Positions 1-8,589 of a stretch of 64,000 nt of DNA are shown piece after piece. The notes under the pieces were generated by a model that saw only the letters and a program-made list of their open reading frames with translations, searched no databases and was not told the origin of the DNA. The DNA is from an uncultured Chlamydiae bacterium (GTDB lineage: Bacteria > Chlamydiota > Chlamydiia > Chlamydiales > SM23-39). Positions within the stretch are counted from its first letter, which is position 1, and every line of letters starts with the position of its first letter. Both the position numbers and the translations under genes were made by a program. The stretch spans positions 32,001 to 96,000 of the forward strand of contig CAWHDP010000002.1 of assembly GCA_963828125.1 (NCBI GenBank), given 5' to 3'.

Positions 1-459
1 TTTCTTTTTACGTTTCTTGCCTCTTGGTTGCCCAGGTTTTCCAATTCTCCTAATATTTTTGATCATCAGTCTAGCTAATCGAGAAAGTTCAACTGTTCGT
101 TCTTGCAACAAAGGTGAAGTGATTATGAAAAAATCGCGAGACGACAATGAAACATCAAAACTCGTTGTGAATTGCGCGGGTGAAATGAACAAAACGCGCA
201 TCTCGTGGACATCGATGAGGCTAATTCGTTTATATAGATCGGGCTTGTTCTTTTTCCCTTCCAGGTTATTGGGGGGAATGTCCGGTTTTGGCTTCTGTCC
301 TTTGAGGCGAGCAATTTCATCTTTGAGTTGCTGGATCAGTTCTTTTTGTGCAGCCAAGGCATTGGTCATTGTATCAATTTGTTGACGGAGTTGGAAGTTT
401 TCGTTAGAAAGCTGATCGATAAGAGAAGAGGAAATTTGAACTTTTGAGGAATCTTGCAT
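1..459 (-). CDS. IS66-like (single-ORF type) transposase, N-terminal part, runs off window edge
   Basis: Open minus-strand frame from ATG 459 to base 1 (absent from the ORF track): MQDSSK...LKDEIARLKGQKPKPDIPP...GKPGQPRGKKRKKK. Coiled-coil leader plus KPGQPxG motif resemble IS66-type transposase N-termini. Confidence 0.6.
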   Translation of the reverse strand, partial: MQDSSKVQISSSLIDQLSNENFQLRQQIDTMTNALAAQKELIQQLKDEIARLKGQKPKPDIPPNNLEGKKNKPDLYKRISLIDVHEMRVLFISPAQFTTSFDVSLSSRDFFIITSPLLQERTVELSRLARLMIKNIRRIGKPGQPRGKKRKKK

Positions 460-562
460 TTGTGCATGCCTTGTATGGCTGGATACAATAGCAAATGTTT
501 AGAAAACAATCACCTAAATTTTTTATTCAACGAACACAGATTAGACGGTGAAAAACAGTGCC

Positions 563-616
563 CATGAAATCGAGGTAATCGGGGCCCCGCTTCGGGGTGA
601 TTACCTCAGTTTTATG
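563..616. repeat. Subterminal stem-loop inside IS end
   Basis: CATGAAATCGAGGTAATC...CCCCG-CTT-CGGGG...GATTACCTCAGTTTTATG nested inverted repeat. Confidence 0.7.
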
Positions 617-627
617 AGCAGTTGCGA

Positions 628-741
628 ATTTTAGATAAATGTAAACATTACGTTCTTCGATTTTATGATGAAACAATAGAAATTGTTGCCCAAGATTTTG
701 TGTTTGAGCAATTAAAAGAAAAGCCGATTATTAACTGCTAG
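628..741 (+). pseudogene. 3' remnant of immunity-like gene cut by the IS
   Basis: ILDKCKHYVLRFYDETIEIVAQDFVFEQLKEKPIINC*, no start codon; HYxxxFxDxTxE pattern resembles polymorphic-toxin immunity proteins. Confidence 0.4.
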
Positions 742-798
742 AGTATGGAAATTCTCCAACACAAATGGCGGTATCTCCATCCAAATTAGGGGGAATAA

Positions 799-1050
799 AT
801 GAAGTATTCGGAAGTAAAAACAATTCAAACAAAAAAAGATTTCATAAATTTTTTAAGAGATTTAAAAAATGATTATTTAGAAAATTTATCTTCTTGGGAA
901 AACAAAGATATTGAAACCTTTTTAGAAGCTATGGCCTCTTGGGTAGAAGATATGGATGGTTTTTATATCAACCAAGGCTTGGCAGTTCCTGAAAAGCCTG
1001 ATTGGAAAGTCTTTGCCGACATCCTCATGGGTGGAAAGCTTTATGAATAA
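799..1050 (+). CDS. Small immunity-like protein (DUF7660-like)
   Basis: 83 aa; WENxDIExFLEAMxxWxEDMDGFY...PDWKVFADILMGGKLYE; AGGGGG RBS-like site. Confidence 0.7.
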   Translation: MKYSEVKTIQTKKDFINFLRDLKNDYLENLSSWENKDIETFLEAMASWVEDMDGFYINQGLAVPEKPDWKVFADILMGGKLYE

Positions 1051-1097
1051 GTAGGCTGTAAATATTTTAGGATAACAGTTATTCCGGGAGCTCCACA

Positions 1098-1196
1098 ATG
1101 AGTGAAAATATTCGTGCTAAGCAGTTTCTTACGGAAGAAATTCAAAAAATCCTTTTGAAGGAATGGGATCCGACAGGGCAATCAAAAGAAGAATAG
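1098..1196 (+). pseudogene. Truncated immunity-like ORF (WDPxG type)
   Basis: MSENIRAKQFLTEEIQKILLKEWDPTGQSKEE*; GGAG RBS; stops just after the EWDPxG motif. Confidence 0.4.
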
Positions 1197-1244
1197 CTTT
1201 AACTCGCATGGCCCCTCAGAAATCGGTGAAATATAATGATGGAG

Positions 1245-1267
1245 AAATGGGGAATTATTCCCCATTT
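1245..1267. repeat. Perfect 11-bp inverted repeat (possible terminator/operator)
   Basis: AAATGGGGAAT-T-ATTCCCCATTT between convergent ORFs. Confidence 0.5.
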
Positions 1268-1273
1268 ATTTTA

Positions 1274-1576
1274 TTAGTTATCTGAGTCTTCATCATGAGT
1301 GACTGACACGTCCACCTGCCCAGAACCATCACTATTCACTTGCACCTCGACTTCAGCCTTATTGCCTTTGTCATCGCTAGCACTGCCGCTCATGGGGAAT
1401 TCGTCGAGCCTTTTCATGCCGTAGTTAAGGGCTTTGATATAATTCACGACCTCTTCAACATCGTTTGCGTTCTTAAGAGGAATTTCGTTTTCGTATTCAA
1501 AGCTGTCTTCCAGCGTGGCTTGCGTTCCCTCAATCTGTGAGCTAAGAAGAGCTTCCTTGCGAACGTACATGGGCAA
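1274..1576 (-). pseudogene. Chimeric ORF: internal Fic fragment fused to unrelated acidic C-terminus
   Basis: MYVRKEALLSSQIEGT...DEFPMS matches the Fic gene, followed by GSASDDKGNKAEVEVQVNSDGSGQVDVSVTHDEDSDN*. Confidence 0.7.
1388..1572. repeat. 185-bp direct repeat of 4389-4573 (inside Fic gene)
   Basis: Base-by-base match at offset 3001, one substitution seen (AAAGCTGTC vs AAAGATGTC). Confidence 0.95.
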
Positions 1577-1804
1577 GCCACCCTTCCCACAACCAATACT
1601 CGCATGGAGCTGACGTCTTTAGAACTTTTGCTACTGGATTGCCGTATATCACCGGTGGCCAGCAGGTGAATACACCTTTCATACTTTTTTAAAATCAATA
1701 AGCAAAAAAATTATTTTATTAACCAAACTATACTCCTCCTTCAATTTTTGACTTATTGCCAAAAAACTGTTATTATCGAGGCCAATTTCAATGGATTAGA
1801 TACG

Positions 1805-3448
1805 ATGAAAAAAAATTTTACAGCAGCAGCTTTTTGCGGAGCTTTAATGTTTATGCAACCTAGCCACGCTTCAAATTTATCATGGTGGGATATGAGCCCA
1901 CAGGAGGTGCATGATAAAATCAATCAGCGTATTATGAGCATTGAAGCTCCAACACCAACCGTTTTTTCTGTGACAGACCATAGCATAAACCGAGAGGGTC
2001 GAAATACACCTATTCGCATCTACAAACCCGCTGAAGGAAATAGCTTCCTAAGCATTCTATTGGTCCATGGTGGGACATGGGTAGCGGGAAATCTCGATAC
2101 ACATGACAATTTAGCACGCTACCTATGCTCTAAAGCAAAAGCAGTTGTTGTTTCAGTAGGATATCTAACTGCCCCCGAAGGAAAATTTCCCTTACCTCTT
2201 GAACAGTGCTACGACACATTGACATCGATTAGCGAACATGGTCCTGAGATTTCCGCCGATACGAATAAAATTGCAGTAGTTGGGGATAGCGCTGGGGGAA
2301 ATATGGCAGCTGCCCTTTGCCTTATGAATCAAGATCGATCTGGATCAACCATAAATCTACAGGTGCTCATCAATCCAGCTCCTGATTTAACTTGTAAGGG
2401 AACAATTCAAAGACAAAACGACTCGCCCGATATGCTCCGATGGCAAGCCACTCAATACTTGTCAGACCCAAATGATGCCAACAACCCTTATGTGTCTCCT
2501 TTAGTGGCTAGCAATTTAAACAAGCTACCTCCCGCTGTCATTATCTTAGCCGAACAAGATGATCTTCGCGACGCTGCTCAAAAATATGCAGATCGATTGC
2601 AAGCAGCGAGTGTACCCACGTATGTTTATTGCCAACAAGGGGCAAATCATTTGGCAGGTCATGGTGCAAAAGCCTCCAGTTATGCACGCGAATCGTTAGA
2701 TATAGCCATAGCACAGATTCAAAAAGCGTTTTCAGCAAGAAAAGCTACTAACGATCAGCTACCAGAACTTGTATTTCGTTCCCAAACGTCTAACGAAGCC
2801 TTTTCTTTTGTTGAGTATTTAGCCAACCGTTTGCCCTGGTTTAAAGAAAATGGATATAATATAGCTTTGCCTACCCACCCGAATCTAGAAGTTCTGTACC
2901 AGGATTCTCAAAAACTATCTGAAAGTGAAAAAAACGTCTTAAAGGACGTTTTTATTACACAAATTTATGACGAGCATGCGTTTGACTCCAGTCTTGCAAA
3001 GGTTAAAGAATCTCAACAATCTGTTAATAAAGGACTTGAAAAACTATCTGAGCTGTCTAGAAATTGGAACTTTGATTTCAAGGAAACGTATCAGATTGTT
3101 TTAACTTTGTATGGACCTGGAGGTAATTATAACCCCTCTACAGGAACAGTAATTCTATTAACCAATGAGAAAGGTGAGTTTCTCAAGAAAAGCATTGCAG
3201 AAACCATTTTACACGAAATCGTACACATCGGAGTTGAAGAATCTATTATTAAACAATACAAGTTAACTCATTGGGAAAAAGAAAGGCTTGTCGACTTAAT
3301 CTGTCATCATTGTCTAAACAAAATTCTCCCTGAATACTGGATGCAACCGAAAGGAGATAAGCGGATAGACGATTTTGTAAATGAATTCACCATTATCCAC
3401 AATCTCCCTTCAGCTATCGCAAGCTTTATTAAGCAGTACCCGAGATAA
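1805..3448 (+). CDS. Secreted HSL-family alpha/beta hydrolase fused to a C-terminal HExxH zincin-like domain
   Basis: Signal peptide MKKNFTAAAFCG...SHA; HGG, GDSAG, catalytic D (QDDLRD) and H (GANH); C-terminal ILHEIVH...WEKE. Start set at ATG 1805 rather than TTG 1748. Confidence 0.8.
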   Translation: MKKNFTAAAFCGALMFMQPSHASNLSWWDMSPQEVHDKINQRIMSIEAPTPTVFSVTDHSINREGRNTPIRIYKPAEGNSFLSILLVHGGTWVAGNLDTHDNLARYLCSKAKAVVVSVGYLTAPEGKFPLPLEQCYDTLTSISEHGPEISADTNKIAVVGDSAGGNMAAALCLMNQDRSGSTINLQVLINPAPDLTCKGTIQRQNDSPDMLRWQATQYLSDPNDANNPYVSPLVASNLNKLPPAVIILAEQDDLRDAAQKYADRLQAASVPTYVYCQQGANHLAGHGAKASSYARESLDIAIAQIQKAFSARKATNDQLPELVFRSQTSNEAFSFVEYLANRLPWFKENGYNIALPTHPNLEVLYQDSQKLSESEKNVLKDVFITQIYDEHAFDSSLAKVKESQQSVNKGLEKLSELSRNWNFDFKETYQIVLTLYGPGGNYNPSTGTVILLTNEKGEFLKKSIAETILHEIVHIGVEESIIKQYKLTHWEKERLVDLICHHCLNKILPEYWMQPKGDKRIDDFVNEFTIIHNLPSAIASFIKQYPR

Positions 3449-3623
3449 CAAGTAATTTCTGCGAAAAACAAGCGGTGCTTTTGATTTTATTGCCTAAAGA
3501 TGCCCAGTCGAAAGTTGAGTAACGAGCGGCATCAACAAAATATACATCAGCATTGCCATCTTTGGCCTCTTGTAGCACGGGTTCCAGGCTTTTTTTAAAA
3601 GTCTTTTTTGAGTTTTGGCTTTT

Positions 3624-4757
3624 TCATGTTCCCTCTGACAATAGGTCGAGATATTCCCAATAACTATAGCGTTTGTCGCGGCGTTTACCCGTCGTTTCTT
3701 TTAAGATTTCCAGATTTACAAGCTGATGCGTAAGTGTTTTGGCGCTTTGGTACGAGATGTTGAGATGGCTTGCTGCATCTTTGATGGAGAGATGAGGCTT
3801 TTCAACAAGATACCCAAGTAAAGCGATGGCGTAAGGGGTTGAGAGCTTTTCTTTGATCAGGCGCTTTTTGTGATCTTCTTGCAGTTGTAGTGCCTTTTTG
3901 ATGGTTTGTAGAGCGGATTCACAAGTCCAAATAACGCCCTTGAGAAAGAAAGCTACCCACTGTTCATAATCGCCTTTATCGCGCACGAGATTCAGACGGT
4001 CATAGTACTCTTGGCGGTGCATTTTGAAGTAGTAACTGAGGTAAAGGGTGGGGTACTGTAGGGCTTTTTTCCAGTAGAGATAGAAAGTGATTAAGAGCCT
4101 GCCTAATCGGCCATTCCCGTCAAGAAAAGGGTGGATGGTTTCAAATTGGTAGTGAACGAGGGCGCAACTCACAAGGAGAGGAACATCTGTGTTTTTATGC
4201 AAATAGAGTTCGAGCGCTCCCATTGCATCCATCGCTTCTTTGGGAGGCGGTGGGATGAATGAGGCCGTACTCGGAGTGGAGCCTGCAGGACCGATCCAGT
4301 TTTGACTTTTTTTGAATTCGCCAGGAGTCTTGTCTTTGCCTCGGACACCTTCCATAAGGATCGCATGAATTTCTTTGATCAGGCGAATGCTCATGGGGAA
4401 TTCGTCGAGCCTTTTCATGCCGTAGTTAAGGGCTTTGATATAATTCACGACCTCTTCAACATCGTTTGCGTTCTTAAGAGGAATTTCGTTTTCGTATTCA
4501 AAGATGTCTTCCAGCGTGGCTTGCGTTCCCTCAATCTGTGAGCTAAGAAGAGCTTCCTTGCGAACGTACATGGCGATGATATGATTTAAATTGGGAGCCA
4601 AATAGCCCATTGTATCAAGTTTGCCGATAGCGATGTTGGCGTTGGTCAATAGACTTTGGATGTCCCCCTCAATGTGAATAGGAGGTTCTGGCGGAAGATG
4701 GGCCGGGATAAATGCTTTGTACTGGTGGGGTTGCGTAATGTATCTGCCGCTTCTCAT
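3624..4757 (-). CDS. Fic family protein (Fic_N + Fic + C-terminal HTH)
   Basis: HPFLDGNGRLGR catalytic motif; SSQIEG inhibitory-type motif; C-terminal winged HTH. Confidence 0.95.
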   Translation of the reverse strand: MRSGRYITQPHQYKAFIPAHLPPEPPIHIEGDIQSLLTNANIAIGKLDTMGYLAPNLNHIIAMYVRKEALLSSQIEGTQATLEDIFEYENEIPLKNANDVEEVVNYIKALNYGMKRLDEFPMSIRLIKEIHAILMEGVRGKDKTPGEFKKSQNWIGPAGSTPSTASFIPPPPKEAMDAMGALELYLHKNTDVPLLVSCALVHYQFETIHPFLDGNGRLGRLLITFYLYWKKALQYPTLYLSYYFKMHRQEYYDRLNLVRDKGDYEQWVAFFLKGVIWTCESALQTIKKALQLQEDHKKRLIKEKLSTPYAIALLGYLVEKPHLSIKDAASHLNISYQSAKTLTHQLVNLEILKETTGKRRDKRYSYWEYLDLLSEGT

Positions 4758-4787
4758 GGATTGGCCTTGGGTTATGAAAGCTATCGA

Positions 4788-4864
4788 GAATAACGGAACT
4801 CAAAACGGATCGTTATTCAAGTTATCTTCAATAAGAATATCATTTCACCTCCCGTTATTCAAGT
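4788..4864. promoter_or_regulatory. Putative operator repeats upstream of Fic gene
   Basis: GAATAACG (4788) inverted to CGTTATTC (4811); CGTTATTCAAGT repeated at 4811 and 4853. Confidence 0.4.
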
Positions 4865-5221
4865 CTTCTTTAACAATGGATGGGGGTATTCGTGGGACAC
4901 AGGTGGGACAGCAAGACTCAAAAACTGTTCATTAAAAATAAAAATTACCAGAAAAATACAACACATCATATACTCCGGCCAGCCAGGTCCGCTTCTCACT
5001 TCAGATGAAAATCAAAAATACGTGTATCAAGACGGAGGCGGGAGATCGAACTGATATTGAGTTTCAGCGCAGTCCATGCAAGGTCTGTGCTGGCAAATCC
5101 TCCATCTACAACAAGTCGAATCGCCATCAGAGGAAGCCACCGCGCACATACGGCAAGGAAAGGAGCGTATAGCAGTAAAGGGCCGTGGAGAATGGCTAAA
5201 AGTTCTTCGGTTTGGTGTAGG

Positions 5222-6166
5222 TCAAATTCTTGTAGGCGTTTTGGCTGCTCCATTCAGTGCAGGAACTAGCACTGCGCTCGCTTCATTTTCAATCATTGCC
5301 TCAGCTTGAGAAATCCAGTTGCCAGTTTTTAAAAAGTGCTCCACTTGATATTTAGCTGCTTTGTTTTCGAGTGCACAAGGAATAAGACTGGCTCCTGTAT
5401 AATGAATTCCAATCGTTTCAGTATGCCCTTCTAATGACTCAATAACAGATCGAATATTAGACATTTGATCATCTATAAAAATAACCTTTTTGGGAGTCCA
5501 GTTACTTTCTTTGAAAAAATTCAAGAGGACTGGGCCTTTGTCATGCAGTGAAGTGATAAGCACGCCTGATTTATAGATCGGAGGAAATTCTAAATCCGTA
5601 TCTTTTGGAAGTTCCAAAGTTTGGATATGTGGAAAAATTGATTGAAAATCAAAACCAAAATGGTGCAATTCATTAATGCGCCAATCAACAAAACTATCGA
5701 CTTCTCCAATTTTTCCTCCAGGAGCGGCTGAAAAAGCAACCACGGGAACGCCTTTCGCTTGCAGTTTTTGCACTAGAACAAGACTTTTGGGGTCAATCAG
5801 TGAGTGGGGAGCGTGCATTAAAATTTCTCGGAATATGTATCTGGTTTTGCCAGACTCATCCGTGATAAATTTTTTTCCTCCCATCAGGTCATCAAGGAGC
5901 TTATCGTATTTGGGCTTTAAGATGGGATCATCCGGAGTAATTAAAGTTTGATCTACATCAAATAAAACTAATGTGTCTTGATCCGCATTTTCTATTATTT
6001 GTTCTATGAGGTTTAAGTTTTCTGCCGAGAAAATTTGGGAAGAATTGGAACGTTTTAGAACAACATCACACCCTGCCTCAATACACCTTTCGGAAGTTGG
6101 GCCGAAATATTGTACGTACTCTAGATGTGTTGGCGGAGGCAATTGATGATTCATGGTCGGGATCAT
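5222..6166 (-). CDS. DUF2608-like HAD-superfamily protein
   Basis: LVLFDVDQTL (motif I), KG (motif III), VIFIDD (motif IV). Confidence 0.8.
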   Translation of the reverse strand: MIPTMNHQLPPPTHLEYVQYFGPTSERCIEAGCDVVLKRSNSSQIFSAENLNLIEQIIENADQDTLVLFDVDQTLITPDDPILKPKYDKLLDDLMGGKKFITDESGKTRYIFREILMHAPHSLIDPKSLVLVQKLQAKGVPVVAFSAAPGGKIGEVDSFVDWRINELHHFGFDFQSIFPHIQTLELPKDTDLEFPPIYKSGVLITSLHDKGPVLLNFFKESNWTPKKVIFIDDQMSNIRSVIESLEGHTETIGIHYTGASLIPCALENKAAKYQVEHFLKTGNWISQAEAMIENEASAVLVPALNGAAKTPTRI

Positions 6167-6345
6167 TGGAAACTCTCGATATGGAATAACATTTTCACTT
6201 CGGCTTGCTCTATAGGCTGGCCACGCGGCACTGCCTCAAGAAAAAAATCCCCTTTTTCCATTTGCTGAGTAGGGATTTCTTGAGGGGAAAAATGGAGACT
6301 TCCCGAACAAGCTAGAACAAAAGATAAAGAAAATACTTGCATCAT
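6163..6345 (-). CDS. Hypothetical small protein, coupled to DUF2608 gene
   Basis: AAGGAG RBS, 4-nt overlap with downstream ORF, TTGAAA-N18-TATACT upstream. Confidence 0.45.
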   Translation of the reverse strand: MMQVFSLSFVLACSGSLHFSPQEIPTQQMEKGDFFLEAVPRGQPIEQAEVKMLFHIESFQ

Positions 6346-6486
6346 GAACCCTTCTCCTTAAATGCCGACAGGAGTATAGCCGATTACGAGGTAGTCTTTC
6401 AAGAGGGTTTATCTGCCTAAGGCAGCGATACGGGCGTTAGAAGGGGGAATCTCCAATCATAGTGCTGCCATGGCCTGAATGGGGTG

Positions 6487-6508
6487 CTATACTGCGGCCA
6501 CCCCAAAA
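6487..6508 (+). repeat. 22-bp sequence with perfect inverted copy at 8589-8610
   Basis: CTATACTGCGGCCACCCCAAAA. Confidence 0.9.
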
Positions 6509-6577
6509 AAAACTATTTGCAAGCTATGGCCAGAAACATGATAATGCTCCCACTACAAACAGAGTGGGGAGATACTA

Positions 6578-7243
6578 ATGGTCGCCATTACAAAAATTAA
6601 TTATAACGTCTTAGATATAAGTGAAATTGGGGAGCAGCGCTTGAATATTGCTCGCAATCGCCAACTGCATTGCTGGTATCGCACGTTTAACTGGATCGTT
6701 GGAAAATGCGAGACTATCCCGTACCTTCGGAAGGTGATCGGCACCTTCGATATATGCTTGAGCCAAGAGAATCCCTATTTTCTTATCTGCTCCGCACTCA
6801 AATCCGGAGCCAGGGTTCAACGACCCCGCCTTTCCTTTTCAATAGACATGGATATGGGGCCTTATATGTATGGAGCACGTGTGGTTACCATACCTGTTGG
6901 AACCACGTACTCAACATCTAGCCTCCATGAGCCAGTAGACCGAGCGATGCGAAGAGCACAAGTTCGAATTATGAGCGCAAGAACGGTCGAGGGCTATCCT
7001 GCAATTGTGATTAAATATCAGCCGCATCCAGAGAGCCAAGAGAATACAGAAGCGATGGTTGTCTTTTCCAAAGATGGAAGGACATATGAAGAGATTGTAG
7101 ATAGATCTGGCCAACTTCAAAACTATTTATACGGCAAATTTTCTCAGGATTGGGAGTATGGTATGTATATTTGTGACCTACAAGATCTTTATGATCGGCA
7201 TCCAGGTCTTAAGACGGCTATCGAACCCGAGCATCACCAATAA
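6578..7243 (+). CDS. Hypothetical (orphan) protein
   Basis: 221-aa ORF, GGGGAG RBS, TTGCAA-N18-GATAAT promoter-like sequence; no motif recognised. Confidence 0.7.
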   Translation: MVAITKINYNVLDISEIGEQRLNIARNRQLHCWYRTFNWIVGKCETIPYLRKVIGTFDICLSQENPYFLICSALKSGARVQRPRLSFSIDMDMGPYMYGARVVTIPVGTTYSTSSLHEPVDRAMRRAQVRIMSARTVEGYPAIVIKYQPHPESQENTEAMVVFSKDGRTYEEIVDRSGQLQNYLYGKFSQDWEYGMYICDLQDLYDRHPGLKTAIEPEHHQ

Positions 7244-7337
7244 ATCAGACTTAATAATCGAAATTGAGATTCTTGGTGTCGTGATGCTTATCTGACTTTA
7301 AATGGCCAATGTCCGGTCTTAGTGTTCTTTTGTCAAG

Positions 7338-8408
7338 TTAATCGTACGCATAGGCAAGGAGGCTCGCTATTAAAACAGCCGCAACAACAGCGATCTTCAA
7401 AAATGGAATTCTGCTCCGAGAGGCGTTTAAAAGCTGCTCTGCGGCTTGGGAAACTCGAGTAGTTAAATAATCCTGCTCTAAGACAGCTTTGACCGGGTTT
7501 ATTTTTATCAAATGGGGTGATGCTTGCTGAGTGTTGACCAACTTTTGCGTTGCTGTATCATAACAGCATACGATAGTTCTTTCTTCTCCGCTTGCAACGA
7601 ATTCGAGATTATCGTCTGCAAAAATCGATAGAACTGGATCCTGAGGATCCGATGAGAAAGGAAATAATTTTCCATAATTTCCCTGTTCTTGGTTTGTTCT
7701 CCATCTCTCAAAATTATCCTTAATTAGCCAATGTCCTGTTTTGATAAGTTTGCTGAATTCATTTCGATCTTTGGTAACGATTTCTTTGTTACCTTTTTGG
7801 TAATGAAAACCAGCATCCTGATCGAAGCTTGCCTGTTGTAGAACCATGTTAGGAAATTGTTCCTCGAGATACTTTTTGACTCGTTCACCATCTTCAGCAA
7901 AGGTTCTAAATATGAAATTGTGAGAGATATGATTTGTTTGGAGAGTGCGAATTAAATGAGGGAATCCAGGAAAAATGGGAGAAGGGTCTAAAAGAGAAAT
8001 GATCTGTTGATATTGTGCCTCCACGCTTTGAGCAAGAGGATGGCGATCGGTAGAGAGGGTCCGGACGAACTGTTTTAAAGCTTGTTTTCTTGTCTCCCTT
8101 AATTGAGAGCTGCTATTTGGTCCTGGATGTAAATATTCCCATACATAAGTTTTATAAGATTGTGATTTTTGACATTCCCCCCATTTTCCATCTGTTCCAT
8201 TGGCTAATATAATAGAAGCATATTCTTCCGTAGGTGTTATTTTGCCGCCTATTGTTTCTTGCCCTAAAATAACACCGTTCACATCTAAGTGGCACTGTAA
8301 GGAACGCCCCCCATTTTTCATTTGAGTCCACACGCTGGGTCTAAAAAATAGGGAGGGGAACCAATTTGTCATATAAAGATCCTGTGAAGAGGTTGTTAAA
8401 TAAATCAT
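7338..8408 (-). CDS. HAD-like protein with C-terminal transmembrane helix
   Basis: HLDVNGVI, IFRTFAED, IFADDN motifs; terminal IAVVAAVLIASLLAYAYD. Confidence 0.65.
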   Translation of the reverse strand: MIYLTTSSQDLYMTNWFPSLFFRPSVWTQMKNGGRSLQCHLDVNGVILGQETIGGKITPTEEYASIILANGTDGKWGECQKSQSYKTYVWEYLHPGPNSSSQLRETRKQALKQFVRTLSTDRHPLAQSVEAQYQQIISLLDPSPIFPGFPHLIRTLQTNHISHNFIFRTFAEDGERVKKYLEEQFPNMVLQQASFDQDAGFHYQKGNKEIVTKDRNEFSKLIKTGHWLIKDNFERWRTNQEQGNYGKLFPFSSDPQDPVLSIFADDNLEFVASGEERTIVCCYDTATQKLVNTQQASPHLIKINPVKAVLEQDYLTTRVSQAAEQLLNASRSRIPFLKIAVVAAVLIASLLAYAYD

Positions 8409-8548
8409 TTTATATTTTTGCCTATTTTTTTTGAAGGCAAAAAATTTAAAAGAAATGTGGGCTACACTCTAGATCAATTGCAGACGTGGCCGCGACTGGG
8501 TCCAAAAAAGTGTTTTAAGCATGGCCTTCCTGTTCAGCATTCATCTTA

Positions 8549-8589
8549 GTGTGAATTTGAGCAGCATCAAAGCTGCCCAAATTCACACT
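8549..8589. repeat. Stem-loop adjoining the 22-bp repeat
   Basis: GTGTGAATTTGAGCAGC-ATCAAA-GCTGCCCAAATTCACAC. Confidence 0.7.

Larger units (their letters stand above)
1..625 (-). mobile_element. Left end of probable IS66-like element
   Basis: Minus strand starts GCAACTGCTCATAAAAC at 625, similar to GTAAC-type IS66 ends. It truncates the ORF remnant at 628-741. The other end is outside the window, so IR/TSD cannot be confirmed. Confidence 0.45.

Noticed and set aside
17..385. 122-aa plus-strand ORF in the track
   Set aside because: Shadow of the minus-strand transposase frame 459..1.
4972..4985. ACTCCGGCCAGCCA as a tRNA 3'-end att site
   Set aside because: Does not match the tRNA-Leu in the window and has no T-loop; better explained as a TATAC-repeat variant.
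4996..5309. Several short overlapping ORFs downstream of the DUF2608 gene
   Set aside because: No RBS or motif support; cannot choose a real frame.
6371..6402. TATACT at 6378(-) and 40345(-) as repeat-family members
   Set aside because: Only the first 6-8 nt match and both sit at -10 promoter positions.
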